Assembly: GCA_030390025.1 (NCBI GenBank)
Contig: CM059438.1
Span: forward strand, 53,260,001-53,324,000
Direction: 5' to 3'
DNA from: Squalus acanthias
Taxonomy: Eukaryota
DNA: 64,000 nt
In this document: positions 36,473 through 49,439 of the stretch, piece by piece
Layout of the letters: every line of letters begins with the position of its first letter
Position numbering within the stretch: the stretch's first letter is position 1
Translations under genes and position numbers: made by a program
Notes under the pieces: generated by a model
Databases searched by the model: none
What the model saw: only the letters and a program-made list of their open reading frames with translations
What the model was told of the DNA's origin: nothing

Positions 36473-37464
36473 ACTGCAGCAGCCAGCACTTCAGGGAACA
36501 AAATGGAAATGAATCTGCAGAGGGGACATGGGCCCTTTAAATAATCAGTCCAGCATCGCTTCGTCAGACACGGGCAGCTGACCCGCTCCCAGCAATTGCC
36601 TTGGAGAACCCGCACGTCAGCCTTAACGAGGCCAATCAACGCAAAATTTCAGCTACAGAGCGGCGGGAACTGGGAGCGGGTCCAGCACCCTCCGACCAGC
36701 GGACCCCCCACCATCCCGACCCCAGGCCTGATGAGGGTCTCTGTGCCCTGGTTGAACTTGCCCCCAGCTGCCCCTACCCTGTCGGCACTGTCCTCAAATG
36801 TAGCACTCGGAACACCGCCACAGGAGCGAAAATGGCAAAACCCGCTCCCAGATTGTTGTCCACGGCCCCCTGTCTTGCACTATTCATGGTCTAAACATGA
36901 CAGAATGATTTCACTGATCAGAGGGTCCCTCATATTCACCATCCAATCCTCTTCGCCCAACCTCTGCTTGATATATATTCTTTGTCTCATCTCTCCTCAC
37001 ATTCCCCGCTGCTGGTCTTTAACACGGTGCAGCTTGTGAGAGAAAAACTAATGAGAAAGTCCTGATTGGCTGCCAGTGGCACTCGGGTGTCTTAGAAAGG
37101 ATCAACGCTGTCTCTAGCTGTCACACAAGCCTGTTGTGAATTTCAATTGATGTTGAGCTTGCAAATCTACAGGGGGAGATTTTCTCCATTTGTCACAAAG
37201 CTCCTGTGGTTCCCGCTGGTCTCTGAGCCCAATCCCTGCTCTGCCCCTCCGGCACACGTATAGTGTGAAGGAGACTCCCGGTTTACAGACTCACTGCGGC
37301 TCAGGCAGCAGTAGAAGTGCCACACAGGTGATTATAGCAGGTTACTCTCCCAGCATGTGGCCTCACCGGCCGAGAGAGCATGGTGGGAATTGGATGGGAA
37401 TCCGTGGGTACTTGAGTCCTTCAGCAGGTAACGGCTGGGACTGACTTGGAGAGAGGAGGCCGCT

Positions 37465-38162
37465 ACAAGGCATGTACACAGATCACTAAAAACTAGTGGG
37501 CAGGTACAAAAAGTAATCAGATAGGCTAATGAAACGTTGGCCTGTCTCTCAAGGGGGCTGGAATTCAAGGGGGAGGACGTTATGCTTCAGTTGTACAGAG
37601 CCTGGGTCAGACCCATCTGGAGTACTGTGCTCAGTTCTGGGAACTGCACCTCAGGAAGGATAGATTGGCCTTGGAGGGGATGCAGCGCAGGTTCACCAGA
37701 ATTATACCGGGGCTTAGAGGGTTAAATTATAAGGACAGGTTGCATAAACTTGGTTTGTATTCCCTTGAGTTTAGAAGATTGAGGGGTGATCTGATTGAGA
37801 TGTTTAAGACGTTAAATGGATTCGATAGGGTAGACACGGAGAAACTATTTCCTCTGGTGGGGGAGTCCAGAACAAGGGGGCACGATCTTAAAATTAGAGC
37901 CAGGCCGTTCAGGGGTGATGTCAGGAAGCACTTTTTCACACAAAGGGTTGTGGAAATCTGGAACTCACTCCCCCAAAAGGCTGTAGATGCTGGGGGTCAA
38001 TTGAAAATGTCAAAACTGAGATCGATAGATTTGTGTAGGGTAAGGCTATTAAGAGATACGGAGCTAAGGTGGGTAAATGGAGTTGAGATACAGAGCAGCC
38101 AAGATCTGGTTGAATGGAGGAACAAGCTCGAGGGGCTGACTGGCCTCCTCCTGTTCCGATGT
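37465..38162 (+). mobile_element. CR1 3' fragment
   Basis: LEGMQRRFTRI...RRLRGDLIE...FFTQRVVEIWNSLP. Confidence 0.9.
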
Positions 38163-39064
38163 GGTATGTGGGGAAGGAGTGGCCAGTGGTGGCTCCAGTG
38201 GGAGAAGGACATCCCAGTTGGGGCTGTTAGGTGGCTGAAATCGGGCAGGATCATGGAAGCGACTCCCCCACCCCTGTCATGTTTCCAGTTGTACAGCTGA
38301 ATTCAAGGTGAGAATCCCTGGAGAGTGAGGACATTTCAGTTGGAGCAAAGCTGCCCTTTGCAGAGGATGAGAGTATTCCAGTTTTCCTAACATGGCTGGC
38401 ATTTACCATTAGGCTCTCTTACCTGCTCTCGGTGAACACACTCTACCCCAGGCACAGACACAGGGGAGGGGAGGGCTGCTGCTCAGTGACACACAGCAAT
38501 GGAAGCACAGGCCCCTGTTGTTTCTGGGCCATCAGAGGATGGGCATCTTTCGTGACAAAGCATCGTCCAGTCACCACCCAGTTTACTGGGCCTACTGTGT
38601 CTTAATCCAATAAAGCACAAATGATTTTTAAAAGTTGCTGTTCCCTATCAACAAAGAATGAATTATTCCAACGCTATAAACTCAATCAGCTGCTGTACGC
38701 CTCTTAAATAAGAAACATTTTCAAATGCCTCCATTTTTGTACTGCGCCACCTGGCACTGACTCAGTCCCGAACTCGAGCTGTTTTGATTAAGGAAACTGT
38801 TGCCTGAGGAAACATTTTTACAAGCTGAAATATAAACCCTAACTCTCTGGTTTTGTAATTCTATAAATAGTAAAGTCACAACTGATTATCGTCATATTTC
38901 ATGGTGAAAGATGTTGGATTGAAAAGCCTGAGGCCCAGCTGGAGAGAGCCTCCTTCTGTGGAGCTTGGAGTTTGTGTTCACAATCTATCCCGTGAGGATG
39001 GGCTTCCAAAATGAAACACTTGGAATATTTCAGTGTGTAAATGAGGTGTGTTATTTATTAATTT

Positions 39065-40730
39065 ATGGAGGGGAGAGGAATGGAGGGGAGAGGAATGGAG
39101 GGGAGAGGAATGGAGGGGAGAGGGGAGAGGAATGGAGGGGAGAGGGGAGAGGAATGGAGGGGAGAGGAATGGAGGGGAGAGGGGAGAGGAATGGAGGGGA
39201 GAGGAATGGAGGGGAGAGGAATGGAGGGGAGAGGAATGGAGGGGAGAGGAATGGAGGGGAGAGGGGAGAGGAATGGAGGGGAGAGGAATAGAGGGGAGAG
39301 GGGAGAGGAATGGAGGGGAGAGGAATGGAGGGGAGAGGAATGGAGGGGAGAGGGGAGAGGAATGGAGGGGAGAGGGGAGAGGAATGGAGGGGAGAGGGGA
39401 GAGGAATGGAGGGGAGAGGGGAGAGGAATGGAGGGAAGAGGAATGGAGGGGAGAGGGGAGAGGAATGGAGGGGAGAGGAATGGAGGGGAGAGGGGAGAGG
39501 AATGGAGGGGAGAGGGGAGAGGAATGGAGGGGAGAGGGGAGAGGAATGGAGGGGAGAGGGGAGAGGAATGGAGGGAAGAGGAATGGAGGGGAGAGGGGAG
39601 AGGAATGGAGGGGAGAGGAATGGAGGGGAGAGGGGAGAGGGGAGAGGAGAGGGGAGAGGGGAGAGGAATGGAGGGGAGAGGAATGGAGGGGAATGGAGGG
39701 GAGAGGAATAGAGGGGAGAGGGGAGAGGAATGGAGGGGAGAGGGGAGAGGAATGGAGGGGAGAGGGGAGAGGAATGGAGGGAAGAGGGGAGAGGAATGGA
39801 GGGAAGAGGAATGGAGGGGAGAGGGGAGAGGGGAGAGGAATGGAGGGGAGAGGAATGGAGGGGAGAGGAATGGAGGGGAGAGGAATGGAGGGGAGAGGGG
39901 AGAGGAATGGAGGGGAGAGGAATGGAGGGGAGAGGAATAGAGGGGAGAGGGGAGAGGAATGGAGGGGAGAGGAATGGAGGGGAGAGGAATGGAGGGGAGA
40001 GGGGAGAGGAATGGAGGGGAGAGGAATGGAGGGGAGAGGAATGGAGGGGAGAGGAATGGAGGAATGGAGGGGGGAGGAATGGAGGGGAGAGGAATGGAGG
40101 GGAGAGGAATGGAGGGGAGAGGAATGGAGGGGGAGGAATGGAGGGGGAGGAATGGAGGAATGGAGGGGGAGGAATGGAGGGGGGAGGAATGGAGGGGAGA
40201 GGAATGGAGGGGAGAGGAATGGAGGGGAGAGGAATGGAGGAATGGAGGGGGGAGGAATGGAGGGGAGAGGAAGGGAGGGGAGAGGGGAGAGGAATGGAGG
40301 AGAGAGGAATGGAGGGGAGAGGAATGGAGGGAAGAGGAATGGAAGGGAGAGGAATGGAGGGGAGAGGAATGGAGGGGAGAGGAATGGAGGGGAGAGGAAT
40401 GGAGGGGAGAGGAATGGAGGGGAGAGGAATGGAGGAATGGAGGGGGGAGGAATGGAGGGGAGAGGAATGGAGGGGAGAGGAATGGAGGGGAGAGGGATGG
40501 AGGGGAGAGGAGAGAGGAATGGAGGGGAGAGGGGAGAGGAATGGAGGGGAGAGGAATGGAGAGGAGAGGAATGGAGGGGAGAGGAATGGAGGGGAGAGGA
40601 ATGGAGGGGAGAGGAATGGAGGGGAGAGGGGAGAGGAATGGAGGGGAGAGGGGAGAGGAATGGAGAGGAATGGAGGGGAAAGGGGAAAGGAATGGAGGGG
40701 AGAGGGAAGCGGAATGGAGAGGAGAGGGAA
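39065..40730. repeat. Polypurine minisatellite, ~15-bp unit GGAATGGAGGGGAGA
   Basis: 1.66 kb of almost pure G/A tandem array. Confidence 0.97.
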
Positions 40731-43020
40731 AAACCCACCCTTGACGCCTCTGTCGTTGCAAACTATTGCCCCATCTCCAAACTCCCTTTCCTGTCCAAAG
40801 TCCTTAACTGTAGTGTCGCCTCCCAAATCCGTGCCCACCTTTCCCGCAACTCCGTGTTTGAATCCCTCCAATCAGGTTTCCGTCCCTGCCACAGTACAGA
40901 AATGGCCCTTATCAAAGTGACTGTGACCGTGGTAAACAATCTCTCCTTGACCTGTCTGCAGCTTTTGACACGGTTGACCACACCATTCTCCTCCAACACC
41001 TCTCTTCCGTTGCCCTCGCCTGGTTCTATTCTTATCTATCTAATCGTAGCCAGAGAATCGCCTGCAATGGCTTCTCTTCCTGCCCCTGCATTGTTACCTC
41101 TGGAGACTCCAAGGGGTAAAAATTCACTTGGTTGCGCCACCCGTTAGCGCCTTAAGAGGGCGCTAATGGGGCGCAAAGCCGCTAACGCCCGGGCGCAGCG
41201 ATGTTTGCGCCGCTCGAGAACTTAACTTGAGATTGTGCGGCGGCGCTAAAACTTACCGCTGCGACCACCTGCGCGCGCAGATTGTGACGTCATTCCATGG
41301 TGCAACGCCCTTGGGGCGCCCCGTAGCGGAAATTGAGTGGCGCCCCCTGCCTTACCGCCTGGCGCTTCCAACGACCAGAAGACTGGAACGCTATCAATCG
41401 CTGTGGGGCTGGGGGGGGCGCTATTTAAAGGGGGCCTCTTCCTGTCTTTTATTGTTGGTGGCATTTTTGAACTACGCATTCTGAGAGAGAGAGGGAGAGA
41501 CTTCTGGAGAGATTCAACGTTGTGTGAAGGAGTTTTGGGTACTGAGCAGCACTTTGCAGGTTCATTTTGATTTGCCATTCCTTGTATCGATTTAGCAGAG
41601 ACCGTGGGAGCTGCACTCTGAGCTCTTTGCCTGGTGCTCTCCATTGTTCTTTCCAGCACATTTGATGTGCAAGTCTCTCCAGGCCGAGATTCAAGGCAGC
41701 AATGAACAGGATGTGGATGGAAAGCAAGATTAACCATCCCCTTTAAGAACTGGCCCGTGCCATTGTGTGTGTGTTCCATTGCTGACTGACATTACATGAG
41801 CTTCGCCAGCGCTCCGAGTTAGCGCCTCACTGCTCGGCCTTTGCGCCTTAAGACAGGTGTGCAGCGCCTGCTTTAGCGCTCCACTCACTTCCCGGGGCGG
41901 TAAAAGTGAAGTTTCCCGTCAGTGCCGATAATTAGCGCCAGGCGCTAATATTTGCGTCCGGACGATATTTGCGCCCCAAATGGGGCGCGACCTAATTTCT
42001 ACCCCCAAGGATCTATCCTTGGCTCCTCCTATTTCTCATCTACATGCTGCCCTTTGGCAACATCATCCAAAAACACATCAGGTTCCACACCCAGCTCTCC
42101 CTCACCACCACTTCTCTCGACCCCTCCACTGCCTCTGATTTGTCAGACTGCTTGTCCAATATCCAGTCCTGAATGAGCAGAAATTTCCTCCAACTAAATA
42201 CTGGAAAGATCGAAGCCATTGTCTTCAGTCCCCACTACAAACTCTGTTCCCTAGCCACCGCCTCCATCCCTCTTCCTGGCAACTGTCTGAGGCTGAACCA
42301 GACTGTTCACAACCTTGGTGTTGTATTTGCCCAGAGATGAGCTTCTGACCACACATCCGCTCCATCACCAAGACTGCCTACTTCCACCTCCGCAATATCA
42401 CTCGACTCCGCTGCTGAAACCCTCATCCATGCCTTTGTTACCTCCAGACTCGACTATTCCAACGCACTCCTGGCCGCCTCCCATCTTCCACCCGCCATAA
42501 ACTTGAACTCATCCAAAACTCTGCTGCCCGTGTCCTAACTCGCACCAAGTCCCGTTCACCCATCACCCCTGTGCTCGCTGATCTACATCAGCTCCTGGTC
42601 CAGCAATGCCTCAATATTAAAATCCTCATCCTTGTGTTCAAATCCCTCCATGGCCTCGCCCCATCCCTATCTCTGTAACCTCCTCCAGCCCTACGACCCT
42701 CCGGAATTTCTGGACTCCTCCAATTCTGCCCTCTTGCGCATCCACGATTTTAATCGCTCCACCATTGGCGGCCGTGCCTTCAGCTGCCAAGGCCCTAAGC
42801 TCTGGAATTCCCTCCCTAAACCTCTCCACCTCGCTAGCTCCCTCTTCTCCTTTAAGATGCTCCTTAAAACCTACCTCTTTGACCAAGCTTTTGGTCACCT
42901 GCCCTAATATCTCCTTATGTAGCTTGGTGACAAATTTTGTTTGATAACGCTCCTGTGAAGCACCTTGGGACGTTTTACTACATTAAAGGCGCTATATAAA
43001 TATAAGTTGTTGTTGTTGCT
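40730..43020 (+). mobile_element. L2 LINE 3' half (degenerate), with a MITE inserted
   Basis: [55 protein letters not shown]; (TTG)n tail. Confidence 0.9.
41113..42005. mobile_element. Non-autonomous Harbinger related to the 22524-31560 element
   Basis: TIR GGGGTAAAAATT / AATTTCTACCCC; TSD CAA; both subterminal regions resemble 22524-22970 and 31310-31560. Confidence 0.9.
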
Positions 43021-43400
43021 TTTGAGAGGAACAGAGGGTAGAGAGAAGAGTAATAGAAGGAAGGGGAAGAGGAATGGAGGGGAGGGGAGAGGAGGAATGG
43101 AGGGGAGGGGAGAGGAGCTGAGTGGGCGGGGGTGGGGGGGGGGGCGCCGAAATGGATGGAAGGGAGAGAGCATGGAGGTTGGATTTATCTTACAAATGAT
43201 GAGCAAGTACCTAAATACCTGCCACATAACCTAGTGATACATTTACAGTACAAAGTCGTTTATCCAACTCCTCAATCCTCCAGCATCTCTCATTCTTGGT
43301 GTGGGCACAGTGGCCTAGTGTTCCTAGACAAGCAACAGAGGTCCTGAGTCCAAGTCCCACCATGACAAGTTGTGAAACTGAAATCAATAAATCTGGTGAC

Positions 43401-46400
43401 TGGTACCAGGAGACTGGGGCAGTGGGTGTGCCAGGAGACTGGGGCAGTGGGTGTGCCAGGAGACTGGGGCAGTGGGTGTGCCAGGAGACTGGGGCAGTGG
43501 GTATACCAGGAGACTGGGGCAGTGGGTATACCAGGAGACTGGGACAGTGGGTATACCAGGAGACTGGGGCAGTGGGTGTGCCAGGAGACTGGGGCAGTGG
43601 GTGTGCCAGGAGACTGGGGCAGTGGGTATACCAGGAGACTGGGGCAGTGGGTGTACCAGGAGACTGGGGCAGTGGGTGTGCCAGGAGACTGGGGCAGTGG
43701 GTATACCAAGAGACTGGGGCAGTGGGTATACCAGGAGACTGGGGCAGTGGGTATACCAGGAGACTGGGGCAGTGGGTATACCAGGAGACTGGGGCAGTGG
43801 GTGTGCCAGGAGACTGGGGCAGTGGGTGTACCAGGAGACTGGGGCAGTGGGTGTACCAGGAGACTGGGGCAGTGGGTGTACCAGGAGACTGGGGCAGTGG
43901 GTGTACCAGGAGACTGGGGCAGTGGGTGTACCAGGAGACTGGGGCAGTGGGTGTACCAGGAGACTGGGGCAGTGGGTGTACCAGGAGACTGGGGCAGTGG
44001 GTGTACCAGGAGACTGGGGCAGTGGGTGTACCAGGAGACTGGGGCAGTGGGTGTACCAGGAGAGTCGGGCAATGGGTGTACCAGGAGAGTCGGGCAGTGG
44101 GTGTACCAGGAGACTGGGGCAGTGGGTTTACCAGGAGACTGGGGCAGTGGGTGTACCAGGAGACTGGGGCAGTGGGTGTACCAGGAGTCTGGGGCAGTGG
44201 GTGTACCAGGAGACTGGGGCAGTGGGTGTGCCAGGGGACTGGGGCAGTGGGTGTGCCAGGGGACTGGGGCAGTGGGTGTGCCAGGAGACTGGGGCAGTGG
44301 GTATACCAGGAGACTGGGGCAGTGGGTGTACCAGGAGACTTGGGCAGTGGGTGTGCCAGGAGACTGGGGCAGTGGGTATACCAGGAGACTGGGGCAGTGG
44401 GTATACCAGGAGACTGGGACAGTGGGTATACCAGGAGACTGGGGCAGTGGGTATACCAGGAGACTGGGGCAGTGGGTATACCAGGAGACTGGGGCAGTGG
44501 GTGTGCCAGGAGACTGGGGCAGTGGGTATACCAGGAGACTGGGGCAGTGGGTATACCAGGAGACTGGGGCAGTTGGTATACCAGGAGACTGGGGCAGTGG
44601 GTATACCAGGAGACTGGGGCAGTGGGTATACCAGGAGACTGGGGCAGTGGGTGTGCCAGGAGACTGGGGCAGTGGGTGTGCCAGGAGACTGGGGCAGTGG
44701 GTGTACCAGGAGACTGGGGCAGTGGGTGTACCAGGAGACTAGGGCAGTGGGTATACCAGGAGACTGGGGCAGTGGGTGTACCAGGAGACTGGCTCAGTGG
44801 GTATACCAGGAGACTGGGGCAGTGGGTATACCAGGAGACTGGGGCAGTGGGTGTACCAGGAGACTGGGGCAGTGCGTGTACCAGGAGACTGGGGCAGTGG
44901 GTGTACCAGAAGACTGGGGCAGTGGGTATACCAGGAGACTGGGGCAGTGGGTATACCAGGAGACTGGGGCAGTGGGTGTGCCAGGAGACTGGGGCAGTGG
45001 GTATACCAGGAGACTGGGGCAGTGGGTATACCAGGAGACTGGGGCAGTGGGTATACCAGGAGACTGGGGCAGTGGGTATACTAGGAGACTGGGGCAGTGG
45101 GTATACCAGGAGACTGGGGCAGTGGGTATACTAGGAGACTGGGGCAGTGGGTGTGCCAGGATACTGGGGCAGTGGGTATACCAGGAGACTGGGGCAGTGG
45201 GTGTACCAGGAGACTGGGGCAGTGGGTGTACCAGGAGACTGGGGCAGTGGGTGTACCAGGAGACTGGGGCAGTGGGTGTACCAGGAGACTGGGGCAGTGG
45301 GTGTACCAGGAGACTGGGGCAGTGGGTGTACCAGGAGAGTCGGGCAATGGGTGTACCAGAAGAGTCGGGCAGTGGGTGTAACAGGAGACTGGGGCAGTGG
45401 GTATACCAGGAGACTGGGGCAGTGGGTGTACCAGGAGACTGGGGCAGTGGGTATACCAGGAGACTGGGGCAGTGGGTGTACCAGGAGTCTGGGGCAGTGG
45501 GTGTACCAGGAGACTGGGGCAGTGGGTGTGCCAGGGGACTGGGGCAGTGGGTGTGCCAGGAGACTGGGGCAGTGGGTATACCAGGAGACTGGGGCAGTGG
45601 GTATACCAGGAGACTTGGGCAGTGGGTGTGCCAGGAGACTGGGGCAGTGGGTATACCAGGAGACTGGGGCAGTGGGTATACCAGGAGACTGGGACAGTGG
45701 GTACACCAGGAGACTGGGGCAGTGGGTATACCAGGAGACTGGGGCAGTGGGTATACCAGGAGACTGGGGCAGTGGGTGTGCCAGGAGACTGGGGCAGTGG
45801 GTATACCAGGAGACTGGGGCAGTGGGTATACCAGGAGACTGGGGCAGTTGGTATACCAGGAGACTGGGGCAGTGGGTATACCAGGAGACTGGGGCAGTGG
45901 GTATACCAGGAGACTGGAGCAGTGGGTGTGCCAGGAGACTGGGGCAGTGGGTGTGCCAGAAGACTGGGGCAGTGGGTGTACCAGGAGACTGGGGCAGTGG
46001 GTGTACCAGGAGACTAGGGCAGTGGGTGTACCAGGAGACTGGGGCAGTGGGTGTACCAGGAGACTGGGGCAGTGGGTATACCAGGAGACTGGGGCAGTGG
46101 GTATACCAGGAGACTGGGGCAGTGGGTGTACCAGGAGACTGGGGCAGTGGGTGTACCAGGAGACTGGGGCAGTGGGTATACCAGGAGACTGGGGCAGTGG
46201 GTATACCAGGAGACTGGGGCAGTGGGTGTGCCAGGAGACTGGGGCAGTGGGTGTGCCAGGAGACTGGGGCAGTGGGTGTGCCAGGAGACTGGGGCAGTGG
46301 GTATACCAGGAGACTGGGGCAGTGGGTGTGCCAGGAGACTGGGGCAGTGGGTGTACCAGGAGACTGGGGCAGTGGGTGTACCAGGAGACTGGGGCAGTGG

Positions 46401-49303
46401 GTGTACCAGGAGACTGGGGCAGTGAGTGTACCAGGAGACTGGGGCAGTGGGTGTACCAGGAGACTGGGGCAGTGGGTGTACCAGGAGACTGGGGCAATGA
46501 GTGTACCAGGAGACTGGGGCAGTGGGTGTACCAGGAGACTGGGGCAGTGGGTATACCAGGAGACTGGGGCAGTGGGTGTACCAGGAGACTGGGGCAGTGG
46601 GTGTACCAGGAGACTGGGGCAGTGGGTGTACCAGGAGACTGGGGCAGTGGGTGTACCAGGCGACTGGGGCAGTGGGTGTACCAGGAGACTGGGGCAGTGG
46701 GTGTACCAGGAGACTGGGGCAGTGGGTGTACCAGGAGACTGGGGCAGTGGGTGTACCAGGAGAGTCGGGCAGTGGGTGTACCAGGAGAGTCGGGCAGTGG
46801 GTGTACCAGGAGAGTCGGGCAGTGAGTGTACCAGGTGACTGGGGCAGTGGGTGTACCAGGAGACTGGGGCAGTGGGTGTACCAGTAGACTGGGGCAGTGG
46901 GTGTACCAGGAGACTGGGGCAGTGGGTGTACCAGGAGACTGGGGCAGTGGGTGTACCAGGAGACTGGGGCAGCGGGTATACCAGGAGACTGTGGCAGCGG
47001 GTGTACCAGGAGACTGGGGCAGTGGGTGTACCAGGAGACTGGGGCAGTGGGTGTACCAGGAGACTGGGGCAGTGGGTGTACCAGGAGACTGGGGCAGTGG
47101 GTGTACCAGGAGACTGGGGCAGTGGGTGTACCAGGAGACTGGGGCAGTGGGTGTACCAGGAGACTGGGGCAGTGGGTGTACCAGGAGACTGGGGCAGTGG
47201 GTGTACCAGGAGACTGGGGCAGTGGGTGTACCAGGAGACTGGGGCAGTGGGTGTACCAGGAGAGTCGGGCAATGGGTGTACCAGGAGACGGGCAGTGGGT
47301 GTACCAGGAGACTGGGGCAGTGGGTATACCAGGAGACTGGGGCAGTGGGTGTACCAGGAGACTGGGGCAGTGGGTATACCAGGAGACTGGGGCAGTGGGT
47401 GTACCAGGAGTCTGGGGCAGTGGGTGTACCAGGAGACTGGGGCAGTGGGTGTGCCAGGGGACTGGGGCAGTGGGTGTGCCAGGGGACTGGGGCAGTGGGT
47501 GTGCCAGGAGACTGGGGCAGTGGGTATACCAGGAGACTGGGGCAGTGGGTATACCAGGAGACTTGGGCAGTGGGAGTGCCAGGAGACTGGGGCAGTGGGT
47601 ATACCAGGAGACTGGGGCAGTGGGTATACCAGGAGACTGGGACAGTGGGTATACCAGGAGACTGGGGCAGTGGGTATACCAGGAGACTGGGGCAGTGGGT
47701 ATACCAGGAGACTGGGGCAGTGGGTGTGCCAGGAGACTGGGGCAGTGGGTATACCAGGAGACTGCGGCAGTGGGTATACCAGGAGACTGGGGCAGTTGGT
47801 ATACCAGGAGACTGGGGCAGTGGGTATACCAGGAGATTGGGGCAGTGGGTATACCAGGAGACTGGGGCAGTGGGTGTGCCAGGAGACTGGGGCAGTGGGT
47901 GTGCCAGGAGACTGGGGCAGTGGGTGTACCAGGAGACTGGGGCAGTGGGTGTACCAGGAGACTAGGGCAGTGGGTATACCAGGAGACTGTGGCAGTGGGT
48001 GTACCAGGAGACTGGGGCAGTGGGTATACCAGGAGACTGGGGCAGTGGGTATACCAGGAGACTGGGGCAGTGGGTGTACCAGGAGACTGGGGCAGTGGGT
48101 GTACCAGGAGACTGGGGCAGTGGGTGTACCAGAAGACTGGGGCAGTGGGTATACCTGGAGACTGGGGCAGTGGGTATACCAGGAGACTGGGGCAGTGGGT
48201 GTGCCAGGAGACTGGGGCAGTGGGTATACCAGGAGACTGGGGCAGTGGGTATACCAGGAGACTGGGGCAGTGGGTATACCAGGAGACTGGGGCAGTGGGT
48301 ATACCAGGAGACTGGGGCAGTGGGTATACCAGGAGACTGGGGCAGTGGGTATACTAGGAGACTGGGGCAGTGGGTGTGCCAGGATACTGGGGCAGTGGGT
48401 ATACCAGGAGACTGGGGCAGTGGGTGTACCAGGAGACTGGGGCAGTGGGTGTACCAGGAGACTGGGGCAGTGGGTGTACCAGGAGACTGGGGCAGTGGGT
48501 GTACCAGGAGACTGGGGCAGTGGGTGTACCAGGAGACTGGGGCAGTGGGTGTACCAGGAGAGTCGGGCAATGGGTGTACCAGAAGAGTCGGGCAGTGGGT
48601 GTACCAGGAGACTGGGGCAGTGGGTATACCAGGAGACTGGGGCAGTGGGTATACCAGGAGACTGGGGCAGTGGGTGTACCAGGAGTCTGGGGCAGTGGGT
48701 GTACCAGGAGACTGGGGCAGTGGGTGTGCCAGGGGACTGGGGCAGTGGGTGTCCCAGGGGACTGGGGCAGTGGGTGTGCCAGGAGACTGGGGCAGTGGGT
48801 ATACCAGGAGACTGGGGCAGTGGGTATACCAGGAGACTTGGGCAGTGGGTGTGCCAGGAGACTGGGGCAGTGGGTATACCAGGAGACTGGGGCAGTGGGT
48901 ATACCAGGAGACTGGGACAGTGGGTATACCAGGAGACTGGGGCAGTGGGTATACCAGGAGACTGGGGCAGTGGGTATACCAGGAGACTGGGGCAGTGGGT
49001 GTGCTAGGAGACTGGGGCAGTGGGTATACCAGGAGACTGGGGCAGTGGGTATACCAGGAGACTGGGGCAGTTGGTATACCAGGAGACTGGGGCAGTGGGT
49101 ATACCAGGAGACTGGGGCAGTGGGTATACCAGGAGACTGGAGCAGTGGGTGTGCCAGGAGACTGGGGCAGTGGGTGTGCCAGGAGACTGGGGCAGTGGGT
49201 GTACCAGGAGACTGGGGCAGTGGGTGTACCAGGAGACTAGGGCAGTGGGTATACCAGGAGACTGGGGCAGTGGGTGTACCAGGAGACTGGGGCAGTGGGT
49301 ATA
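43401..49303. repeat. Satellite, 25-bp unit ACCAGGAGACTGGGGCAGTGGGTRT (~236 copies)
   Basis: Highly homogeneous tandem array with no spacers. Confidence 0.98.
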
Positions 49304-49439
49304 CCTTTCACCTGACTGGTTGAACACGCCCTGACATTCCGTTGCAGATATGGAATGTGGGATCTTCCAACTTATCCACTATCAGCACCACATGACAGTG
49401 GACAACTTTTTTATTCATTCACAAGATGTGGGCCACAGC

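Noticed and set aside
37172..39046. Additional host exons in the unique stretches
   Set aside because: Splice-like sites are present, but there is no recognisable or consistently phased coding sequence.
38978..41147. Gly/Glu/Arg-rich and Pro/Ser-rich ORFs (also 49350-50949 and 52632-54237)
   Set aside because: Low-complexity repeat artefacts.
43296..49334. Long ORFs (up to 1124 aa) and CRISPR-like periodicity
   Set aside because: A pure 25-bp tandem repeat open in several frames; no unique spacers, no cas genes, eukaryotic context.
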